Made by a program: the position numbers and the translations under genes. A DNA stretch of 64,000 bases from TPA_inf: Saccharomyces (taxonomy: Eukaryota), in NCBI GenBank assembly GCA_000146045.2, contig BK006944.2, positions 96,001-160,000 of the forward strand, written 5' to 3'. Of the stretch, positions 22,793-31,474 are shown piece by piece. The notes under the pieces were generated by a model. It made no database searches and was not told the DNA's origin. It saw only the letters and a list, made by a program, of their open reading frames with translations. Numbering within the stretch: the first letter of the stretch is position 1; each line of letters begins with the position of its first letter.

Positions 22793-24304
22793 ATGGAAAA
22801 AATTCCCAGGTGGTTGTTGTTTTCTCTTATATCGTCGGTGCTGTGCATACTTGGGGCCCTGTGTGTGCCGTTGTTATCGGTTGCCTTCGATAGCAAGCGC
22901 AATAGCCAATCTAAGTTGGTCAACTATGGTCTTTCTCTAAGTGCCGGATCTATGATCACTACTTCACTATACATGCTATTGCCTCGGATCGAAAAATCAA
23001 ACCGGTTCAAGGTTTTTCCTGGATTGCTTTTGGGTATTTGCCTCAGTTTTTTCTTAAACTACCTAGTCCACGCTTTCGCCAGCGAATCGTTGGTACACTG
23101 TGCTGATAGCGGTGACCATGCTACAGGTTCACATATACACTCCAAATCACATTCGCATTCGCACTCACACTCACATGCGGATTCGCATTCGAATTTTAGC
23201 AACGATCATGATTTAGAAAATGCTCCCTCTGAGCATGGTTATGCAACATCTTCTTCCAGTGTTTCTGAAAATGACCCGTTGATTACAAAGGATAGCGATA
23301 GACCCCAAATGAAAAAGAAAATGTCCCTAATTGACTTATTAACCAGAAGGAAATCAGAAGGCGAGTGTTGTGACCTAAACAAGTGCACTCCGCTCTTGCA
23401 ATCAGAGCAGCCAGAATATATTGCATGTGTCCCACCAGTGATAAAGTCTTCTCAAAGTGAAAGAAACGTGCCACATGGATGCGAGGGATCAGAAGATAAT
23501 GGACAATCCGATGACAAGGATCATCGTGGCCTTGTATGCGTGGAAAATAATATCGGTTACGATCTTGAAAACCTATCGTTGTACCGTAAGAATTTTCTTT
23601 CGAGCCGCCATCATCATTCCTCTGAATCGCCCGAAAATTATGGTTCCAACCAGTTGTCGCACTCTTTTTCGTCACCTTTGGGAAATGATGTAACTGAGAA
23701 TCCGGCCGCATTGGCAGACACACAATACCATCCCGAAAATGGTTCATTATACCCCCACCATCATCACTTAGAGACCCCTTTTTCCAAATTACTGTCTATT
23801 GGTATGCAAACTTGTCTAGTCCTTGCATTACACAAATTTCCCGAAGGGTTTATTATTTTTTACACTAACAGGTCAGATTCGTCAAAGTCCTTGGGATTTT
23901 CCATTTTTTTAAGTTTGACGATCCATAATTTTGTCGAAGGATTTGCAATGACGTTACCATTCTACACTGTTTTCGAATCTAAATGGGTTGCCATTTTGAT
24001 TACTGCCGTTCTCGGTGGTGGATCTCAACCATTAGGTGCATTGATAGGTTATTTCATCTTTAAAGGTAGTACTCCAAGGGATCACGAACCCAACATGGAT
24101 TTTTTACTGAGCGTTACTGCAGGGTTCCTATTAGTAATTGGTTTACAAATGTTCCAAACTGGTATCGGATTTAGCGATGGACATCATCATCATCAAGGAG
24201 AAGGTGATGAAGAAATGAAACAGTCCCATAGCTCAGGCACAACTTGCTTGAAATGGTGCTGCACTGGCGTTTTGCTAATTCTAGCGAGTGCCCTTTTCAC
24301 TTGA
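22793..24304 (+). CDS. ZRT3: Vacuolar zinc exporter, ZIP family, 503 aa. The track ORF starts at TTG 22721.
   Basis: ZIP-family transmembrane segments (HNFVEGFAMT), a His-rich cytoplasmic loop (HSKSHSHSHSHSHADSHS) and C-terminal HHHHQGEGDEE. Confidence 0.93.
   Translation: MEKIPRWLLFSLISSVLCILGALCVPLLSVAFDSKRNSQSKLVNYGLSLSAGSMITTSLYMLLPRIEKSNRFKVFPGLLLGICLSFFLNYLVHAFASESLVHCADSGDHATGSHIHSKSHSHSHSHSHADSHSNFSNDHDLENAPSEHGYATSSSSVSENDPLITKDSDRPQMKKKMSLIDLLTRRKSEGECCDLNKCTPLLQSEQPEYIACVPPVIKSSQSERNVPHGCEGSEDNGQSDDKDHRGLVCVENNIGYDLENLSLYRKNFLSSRHHHSSESPENYGSNQLSHSFSSPLGNDVTENPAALADTQYHPENGSLYPHHHHLETPFSKLLSIGMQTCLVLALHKFPEGFIIFYTNRSDSSKSLGFSIFLSLTIHNFVEGFAMTLPFYTVFESKWVAILITAVLGGGSQPLGALIGYFIFKGSTPRDHEPNMDFLLSVTAGFLLVIGLQMFQTGIGFSDGHHHHQGEGDEEMKQSHSSGTTCLKWCCTGVLLILASALFT
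23131..23190 (+). repeat. Imperfect (CAYTCR)n hexanucleotide repeat encoding the His-Ser-rich loop of ZRT3.
   Basis: cactccaaatcacattcgcattcgcactcacactcacatgcggattcgcattcg encodes HSKSHSHSHSHSHADSHS. Confidence 0.8.
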
Positions 24305-24379
24305 TAAATTAAAACTACGTATATTCTTTCTATATAAGTCTTTTCCCATTAAATAACGGTGTATAATCACGATCATATA

Positions 24380-26236
24380 TCATATATCATATCTACGATC
24401 ATCGGCAAGATCAAATTCTTGTTCTGCTGTATGGTGCTCATCACCATAATCGGTTATCACGTTTTCCTCATTTTCCTCAAAGGGATTTTCTGTACTACTT
24501 TTAGGATGCACCTTGATGAAACCTTCTTCAGAATTATTTTCTACAGACTCTTTCACTGTGGTTCCCGAGTTTAGAGTATGTTCAACATTGCTATCCTCTA
24601 GTTCAAAAACAGTTTCTTCCGCATCACTGGGAATTGGAGCCTTGATGTCATCTGCCAAGGGTAATCTAAAATTATACTTCCCCCATTTGAAATAAAGACC
24701 AGTGATAACTAAAATGCAGAATACGTACACCATTAAAGCATAATTCATTGTTTTGAAAGTTACAGGCACTTGCGTTGGTAGGCAAACAGAAACCATAGAT
24801 AACAAGAGCCACACAATAGAAACAATGTTGATGAACCAACCAAACTTATACCTGATTTTTACTGGCGCGCTTCGGATAGCTCTTCTTCTCGTAAACAGCA
24901 CCAAGACTAACGGAATGAAAGTCGCAGAACAAAGACAGAGCACTGCAGCGCCTATAAAAGCATTAAATGCGGCCGTTGAAATCAAAGCTAGCAGACCTAA
25001 AAAGTATGATATTATCATACTCAATACAACAGAATTCTTGGGGACTTTTGACTGAGAATCCGGTTCGACGTAGGTCCATTTATCGTAGTATGGTATAGCC
25101 TGGTCACGACTAAAACTATATACCGCACGAGAAGATGTAGTAATCGAGCCAATTCCGGAAAACAGTAAGTTTCCTAAAATTAGGAGCACTAAAAAAAAAG
25201 ACAAGACCACCGAATCAGTCGATTTTGTAAAAATGTTCACTATTGGTAGAACCTTATGATTGGTAAAAAGCAAATCATTATCTGGCAGGATTAACATTAT
25301 TGGTATAAGAAAAATGACTCCAGAGAACGCGGATAACAATACCGCATTCGACATACCACGTGGAATATCCTTCTCAGGAACTTTGACTTCGTCAGCTAAA
25401 GCAGGTAACATACTGAAACCTTGTAACGTGAAATTAGACTGTTGGAATCCAATGATGAAGGAAAGAAATGCGCTTTTATACCCTGATAGATTATTATCAA
25501 AGTGAAATAGCGCGTACTTCAAAGATCGAAATTTACCTTTGTGGAATACTAGTAGAAGAATATCAATAAATATAATGGCATATATGATCCAATAAACACA
25601 GACTTTGTTTATTGTTTCAATAAATCTTGCAAATTTCAAATTCACGAGGCCTACAACAGTCACAACTAAGTAAAATACAATGACTGTGTAAAAAATCAAG
25701 TGTGCCTCGGATATTAGGTTGGAGTTCGTCATCAGAATCAAAGAAATGGTAAGTTGAGCGCCTGCAAAAGTAATACTGGTACTCATAGTCCAATTCCCTA
25801 TGAGCATTAACCAGCCAGTGTACCACGAACATACTAATTTCAATTTCTCCGGGGCCAACATGGCACTCCCAACATGCAGTTCCATCGGAAATTTTGAAAC
25901 AATCTCACCAAGAGAAAGCGACGAAAACCATATACACACTCCACTGATTAAAAAACCTAGCATTATAGTTAACGGACCACCATTAATTAGCCCAATGGCC
26001 ATACTAGTGCACATTCCTAAAACGGGACTCATTAGTCCTAAACCGAGACCGACAATAGAACCTCTTGACAATAACGATTTATCCAACACCTGATCATAAT
26101 TGAAATGCTCGGCCTCCTCGTTCTCTTGACTGTCATCTTCATGAACAATGGTGTGCAAGTTATCAAACAAACCATTCGGATCGAAATGAACGATATTCTC
26201 CCTTATATTATCAGCCAGTAGCGTATACTCTGGCAT
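24380..26236 (-). CDS. TPO5: Polyamine exporter of the APC (amino acid-polyamine-organocation) family, 618 aa.
   Basis: Twelve predicted transmembrane segments; APC-family signature; position matches YKL174C. Confidence 0.92.
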   Translation of the reverse strand: MPEYTLLADNIRENIVHFDPNGLFDNLHTIVHEDDSQENEEAEHFNYDQVLDKSLLSRGSIVGLGLGLMSPVLGMCTSMAIGLINGGPLTIMLGFLISGVCIWFSSLSLGEIVSKFPMELHVGSAMLAPEKLKLVCSWYTGWLMLIGNWTMSTSITFAGAQLTISLILMTNSNLISEAHLIFYTVIVFYLVVTVVGLVNLKFARFIETINKVCVYWIIYAIIFIDILLLVFHKGKFRSLKYALFHFDNNLSGYKSAFLSFIIGFQQSNFTLQGFSMLPALADEVKVPEKDIPRGMSNAVLLSAFSGVIFLIPIMLILPDNDLLFTNHKVLPIVNIFTKSTDSVVLSFFLVLLILGNLLFSGIGSITTSSRAVYSFSRDQAIPYYDKWTYVEPDSQSKVPKNSVVLSMIISYFLGLLALISTAAFNAFIGAAVLCLCSATFIPLVLVLFTRRRAIRSAPVKIRYKFGWFINIVSIVWLLLSMVSVCLPTQVPVTFKTMNYALMVYVFCILVITGLYFKWGKYNFRLPLADDIKAPIPSDAEETVFELEDSNVEHTLNSGTTVKESVENNSEEGFIKVHPKSSTENPFEENEENVITDYGDEHHTAEQEFDLADDRRYDI

Positions 26237-26516
26237 TTTTCATTTATTTGACTTATTTTTATTTATTTTATTGTACAATGGCAAACAAATACACGGACTG
26301 GTATGTTCTTCGTCAAATTGATGATCTGTTCTTTTGGCTTATCCTTATGGGATGATTAATGATTGTTAAAGCCTCATTGCGGAAATTTTAATGCCGGAAA
26401 GGCCTGAAAAATTTCAAAGTGGCAGAAAACAAGGCTTTGGGGCATTACTTGCCAACGGCTGACGATTGCTAGCTGCTTTTACAGAAGCGATACACAATAG
26501 CTCCTAACATAGCAAA

Positions 26517-29500
26517 ATGGAAGGTGACGATTTATTCGATGAGTTTGGAAATTTGATCGGAGTTGATCCTTTTGACTCGGATGAAGAAGAAAGTGTGCTG
26601 GATGAGCAAGAACAATATCAAACCAATACGTTTGAGGGGAGCGGCAACAACAATGAGATTGAGAGCAGACAACTTACCTCGTTAGGAAGTAAAAAGGAAC
26701 TTGGAATTTCCTTAGAGCACCCTTATGGTAAGGAAGTGGAAGTATTAATGGAAACTAAGAACACACAGTCACCACAGACTCCACTGGTAGAGCCGGTTAC
26801 AGAACGAACAAAGTTGCAAGAGCATACAATTTTTACACAATTAAAAAAAAACATTCCGAAGACTAGATATAATCGAGACTATATGTTATCAATGGCTAAC
26901 ATTCCGGAGAGGATAATAAATGTTGGTGTCATTGGACCTCTTCACTCAGGTAAGACCTCTTTGATGGATCTCCTAGTAATCGACTCACACAAACGCATAC
27001 CAGATATGTCTAAGAATGTAGAACTTGGATGGAAACCGCTAAGATACCTGGATAATTTGAAACAAGAGATTGACCGGGGTCTTTCCATTAAACTTAATGG
27101 TTCCACTCTACTCTGCACCGATTTAGAATCCAAGTCTAGAATGATAAACTTTTTGGATGCACCAGGGCATGTTAATTTTATGGATGAAACGGCAGTCGCA
27201 CTTGCAGCAAGTGATTTGGTTTTAATCGTGATAGATGTTGTAGAAGGTGTTACATTTGTGGTAGAGCAATTGATAAAACAAAGTATTAAAAATAATGTAG
27301 CAATGTGTTTTGTTATAAATAAACTCGACAGATTGATTCTAGATTTAAAGTTGCCACCAATGGACGCATACTTGAAGTTAAATCATATAATTGCAAATAT
27401 CAATTCCTTTACGAAGGGAAACGTGTTTTCACCAATAGACAATAACATAATATTTGCGTCTACAAAGCTGGGCTTCACATTCACTATCAAGGAATTTGTT
27501 TCTTATTATTACGCCCACTCCATACCTTCTTCTAAGATAGACGACTTTACCACAAGGCTATGGGGTAGCGTATATTACCATAAAGGTAATTTCAGGACAA
27601 AACCATTTGAAAATGTAGAGAAGTACCCGACTTTCGTTGAATTTATCCTCATCCCGCTTTATAAAATATTTTCCTACGCTTTATCTATGGAGAAAGATAA
27701 ATTAAAGAATTTGTTAAGGTCTAACTTTAGAGTTAATTTAAGTCAAGAGGCCCTCCAGTACGATCCGCAACCTTTTTTAAAACACGTTCTACAGTTAATA
27801 TTTAGGCAACAAACCGGTCTTGTAGATGCGATAACCAGATGTTATCAACCATTTGAATTATTCGACAATAAGACAGCTCATCTTTCAATTCCAGGAAAAT
27901 CTACACCAGAAGGCACTCTTTGGGCTCATGTACTGAAAACTGTGGATTACGGTGGAGCAGAGTGGTCCCTTGTACGGATATACTCTGGACTTTTGAAGAG
28001 AGGGGATACAGTACGTATACTTGATACATCACAATCTGAATCTCGCCAAAAAAGACAGTTGCATGATATCTCAAAGACGGAAACCTCCAACGAAGATGAA
28101 GATGAAGATGACGAAACGCCTTCATGTGAGGTCGAAGAAATTGGCTTATTAGGTGGCAGATATGTCTATCCGGTTCATGAAGCACACAAAGGACAGATAG
28201 TATTAATAAAAGGTATTTCAAGTGCATATATTAAATCCGCGACGTTGTACTCTGTAAAGAGTAAGGAGGACATGAAACAGCTAAAATTTTTCAAACCTTT
28301 AGATTATATTACCGAGGCAGTTTTCAAAATTGTTCTTCAACCTTTACTGCCAAGGGAATTACCCAAGTTATTGGATGCCCTGAACAAAATTTCGAAATAC
28401 TACCCAGGCGTTATTATTAAAGTTGAGGAATCTGGAGAACATGTAATACTAGGAAATGGAGAGCTGTATATGGACTGTTTGTTGTATGATCTAAGAGCGA
28501 GTTATGCAAAGATAGAAATTAAAATATCTGATCCTTTAACTGTTTTTTCTGAAAGTTGCTCAAATGAATCGTTCGCTTCAATACCTGTAAGTAATTCGAT
28601 ATCTCGCCTTGGTGAGGAAAATTTACCAGGTCTGTCGATTAGTGTAGCCGCTGAACCAATGGACTCTAAAATGATTCAGGATTTGAGCAGGAACACATTG
28701 GGAAAGGGTCAAAACTGCTTGGATATTGACGGAATAATGGACAACCCAAGGAAACTATCCAAAATATTGAGAACCGAGTATGGGTGGGATTCGTTGGCAT
28801 CAAGAAACGTTTGGTCTTTTTATAATGGCAACGTGTTGATTAATGACACTTTGCCAGATGAAATCAGTCCTGAATTATTATCCAAATATAAGGAACAAAT
28901 AATACAAGGATTTTACTGGGCTGTAAAAGAGGGGCCTTTGGCAGAAGAACCAATTTATGGTGTACAGTATAAATTGTTATCGATCTCAGTACCTTCCGAC
29001 GTAAACATTGACGTTATGAAAAGTCAAATTATTCCGCTAATGAAAAAAGCCTGTTACGTTGGCTTACTGACAGCAATCCCAATTTTATTGGAACCCATCT
29101 ATGAAGTTGACATCACGGTCCACGCCCCCTTGCTGCCAATAGTAGAGGAACTTATGAAGAAGAGACGTGGAAGCAGGATATACAAAACAATAAAAGTGGC
29201 AGGGACACCATTGTTGGAGGTTCGTGGACAAGTTCCGGTTATTGAATCTGCAGGATTCGAGACAGATTTGAGATTATCTACGAATGGTCTTGGTATGTGT
29301 CAGCTGTACTTTTGGCACAAGATATGGAGGAAGGTTCCTGGTGATGTTTTGGATAAAGATGCGTTTATTCCAAAATTGAAACCCGCACCTATCAACAGTT
29401 TAAGTCGTGATTTCGTGATGAAAACAAGAAGGCGGAAGGGTATTTCTACAGGTGGATTTATGTCAAATGATGGTCCTACGCTTGAAAAGTATATAAGCGC

Positions 29501-29543
29501 TGAATTATACGCTCAATTAAGAGAAAATGGCTTAGTACCGTGA
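26517..29543 (+). CDS. SNU114: U5 snRNP GTPase, EF-2 paralogue, 1008 aa.
   Basis: Acidic N-terminal extension followed by EF-G/EF-2 G-domain motifs (GPLHSGKTSLMD P-loop, DAPGHVNF, NKLD) and EF-2 domains II-V. Confidence 0.96.
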   Translation: MEGDDLFDEFGNLIGVDPFDSDEEESVLDEQEQYQTNTFEGSGNNNEIESRQLTSLGSKKELGISLEHPYGKEVEVLMETKNTQSPQTPLVEPVTERTKLQEHTIFTQLKKNIPKTRYNRDYMLSMANIPERIINVGVIGPLHSGKTSLMDLLVIDSHKRIPDMSKNVELGWKPLRYLDNLKQEIDRGLSIKLNGSTLLCTDLESKSRMINFLDAPGHVNFMDETAVALAASDLVLIVIDVVEGVTFVVEQLIKQSIKNNVAMCFVINKLDRLILDLKLPPMDAYLKLNHIIANINSFTKGNVFSPIDNNIIFASTKLGFTFTIKEFVSYYYAHSIPSSKIDDFTTRLWGSVYYHKGNFRTKPFENVEKYPTFVEFILIPLYKIFSYALSMEKDKLKNLLRSNFRVNLSQEALQYDPQPFLKHVLQLIFRQQTGLVDAITRCYQPFELFDNKTAHLSIPGKSTPEGTLWAHVLKTVDYGGAEWSLVRIYSGLLKRGDTVRILDTSQSESRQKRQLHDISKTETSNEDEDEDDETPSCEVEEIGLLGGRYVYPVHEAHKGQIVLIKGISSAYIKSATLYSVKSKEDMKQLKFFKPLDYITEAVFKIVLQPLLPRELPKLLDALNKISKYYPGVIIKVEESGEHVILGNGELYMDCLLYDLRASYAKIEIKISDPLTVFSESCSNESFASIPVSNSISRLGEENLPGLSISVAAEPMDSKMIQDLSRNTLGKGQNCLDIDGIMDNPRKLSKILRTEYGWDSLASRNVWSFYNGNVLINDTLPDEISPELLSKYKEQIIQGFYWAVKEGPLAEEPIYGVQYKLLSISVPSDVNIDVMKSQIIPLMKKACYVGLLTAIPILLEPIYEVDITVHAPLLPIVEELMKKRRGSRIYKTIKVAGTPLLEVRGQVPVIESAGFETDLRLSTNGLGMCQLYFWHKIWRKVPGDVLDKDAFIPKLKPAPINSLSRDFVMKTRRRKGISTGGFMSNDGPTLEKYISAELYAQLRENGLVP

Positions 29544-29758
29544 AAATCTTGGCGCATAAGAATTAAGCAATATGTCCACAATATTTTTATTCAGCAGAAT
29601 TTACATATGACTTCGTATTTAGTGATATAACTACTCATCGGGACTGAAAATTTTTTATTTCTGCCTAAATACAGATGAGATGAGCTTTATAGAATTTTAC
29701 GCTGTTAAAAAGTTAAACGGTAACAAAGCACAGTTAGTTGAACAACGGTATATAGAGA

Positions 29759-31042
29759 ATGGCTAAAGGTTTCAAGTTGAAGGAGTTGCTTTCGCATCAA
29801 AAGGAAATTGAAAAAGCTGAAAAGCTTGAAAATGACCTAAAGAAAAAGAAATCCCAAGAATTGAAGAAAGAAGAACCAACTATCGTTACAGCTTCTAATT
29901 TGAAAAAGCTTGAGAAGAAAGAAAAGAAGGCCGATGTTAAGAAGGAAGTTGCTGCAGATACTGAAGAATATCAAAGCCAAGCCCTTTCTAAAAAAGAGAA
30001 AAGAAAGTTGAAAAAAGAATTGAAAAAAATGCAAGAACAGGACGCTACCGAAGCTCAAAAGCATATGTCTGGCGATGAAGATGAATCTGGCGACGATAGA
30101 GAGGAAGAAGAAGAAGAAGAAGAAGAAGAAGAAGGAAGACTGGATCTTGAGAAATTGGCCAAAAGTGACTCTGAGTCTGAAGATGATTCTGAGTCTGAAA
30201 ATGATTCTGAAGAGGATGAGGATGTCGTTGCTAAAGAAGAAAGCGAGGAAAAGGAAGAGCAAGAAGAAGAACAAGACGTTCCATTGTCAGACGTGGAATT
30301 TGATTCTGATGCAGATGTCGTTCCACATCATAAACTAACCGTCAACAACACAAAAGCGATGAAACATGCCTTAGAAAGGGTACAATTGCCATGGAAAAAA
30401 CATTCATTCCAAGAGCACCAAAGCGTTACATCAGAAACTAATACGGATGAACATATTAAGGACATATACGATGATACTGAAAGGGAATTAGCATTTTACA
30501 AGCAATCACTGGACGCTGTTTTAGTAGCACGTGACGAATTGAAACGACTAAAAGTACCCTTCAAAAGACCATTGGATTATTTTGCTGAAATGGTGAAAAG
30601 TGATGAACATATGGACAAGATTAAGGGTAAGTTGATTGAAGAAGCCAGTGACAAGAAGGCACGTGAAGAAGCTAGAAGACAAAGGCAATTGAAGAAATTT
30701 GGTAAGCAAGTCCAAAACGCTACCTTACAGAAACGTCAATTGGAGAAAAGAGAAACACTGGAAAAGATCAAATCTTTGAAGAACAAAAGAAAGCACAACG
30801 AGATCGATCACTCCGAGTTCAACGTCGGTGTAGAGGAAGAAGTTGAAGGAAAAAGGTTCGATAGAGGCAGGCCTAACGGAAAGAGAGCCGCAAAAAACGC
30901 TAAGTATGGCCAAGGAGGCATGAAGAGATTCAAGAGGAAGAATGATGCTACCTCTTCTGCTGATGTCAGCGGCTTTTCTTCCAGAAAAATGAAGGGGAAG
31001 ACCAATAGACCAGGAAAGAGTAGACGTGCCAGAAGATTCTAA
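29759..31042 (+). CDS. EBP2: Nucleolar rRNA-processing protein (EBNA1-binding protein 2 homologue), 427 aa.
   Basis: Highly charged K/E-rich protein with a poly-Glu run and a conserved Ebp2 coiled-coil C-terminal half. Confidence 0.93.
   Translation: MAKGFKLKELLSHQKEIEKAEKLENDLKKKKSQELKKEEPTIVTASNLKKLEKKEKKADVKKEVAADTEEYQSQALSKKEKRKLKKELKKMQEQDATEAQKHMSGDEDESGDDREEEEEEEEEEEGRLDLEKLAKSDSESEDDSESENDSEEDEDVVAKEESEEKEEQEEEQDVPLSDVEFDSDADVVPHHKLTVNNTKAMKHALERVQLPWKKHSFQEHQSVTSETNTDEHIKDIYDDTERELAFYKQSLDAVLVARDELKRLKVPFKRPLDYFAEMVKSDEHMDKIKGKLIEEASDKKAREEARRQRQLKKFGKQVQNATLQKRQLEKRETLEKIKSLKNKRKHNEIDHSEFNVGVEEEVEGKRFDRGRPNGKRAAKNAKYGQGGMKRFKRKNDATSSADVSGFSSRKMKGKTNRPGKSRRARRF
30101..30136 (+). repeat. 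(GAA)11 trinucleotide microsatellite encoding a poly-Glu tract in EBP2.
   Basis: gaggaagaagaagaagaagaagaagaagaagaagga. It also generates a spurious poly-Phe ORF on the opposite strand. Confidence 0.9.
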
Positions 31043-31474
31043 GCCGTTATGTCGGCAAGAACACTGTATATATCCAGAACGTAAAGTATATACAACTATC
31101 TATCATCTCTTTGTACACTAGTATAAAATAGAATTAAATCCAACGAAGCCCTAAAAGGCTTTTGTAACCCTGCCAAGATGACGGGAAAATAAAGGGAAAG
31201 ACCTTATGTTTTTGCCCAAAAACCCTAGCGCCGGCGCTAATATTAATGGCCGGAATGAAAAGGTCCCGGAACTTTGTGTATGGCGTTGCGCTCTTCCTGT
31301 GAGTGGGGGGAAACAGATTAGATAATTGAATTCAATAACAACAGTCAATGGGGGACGGAGGGTCTTATGTTCCCTTTGGGTCATCGGGGACGCAAGTAAG
31401 AAGATACGCAATCAGCAAGCGCTGTTATTACTCTAACGAAGAAATCTTTTCAGCAAAACGGTCCAAAAGAACGA

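Noticed and set aside
29837-30274. 145-aa minus-strand ORF antisense to EBP2
   Set aside because: It consists of poly-Phe/Leu low-complexity sequence generated by the GAA/AAG-rich sense strand. It lies entirely inside the well-supported EBP2 coding sequence.
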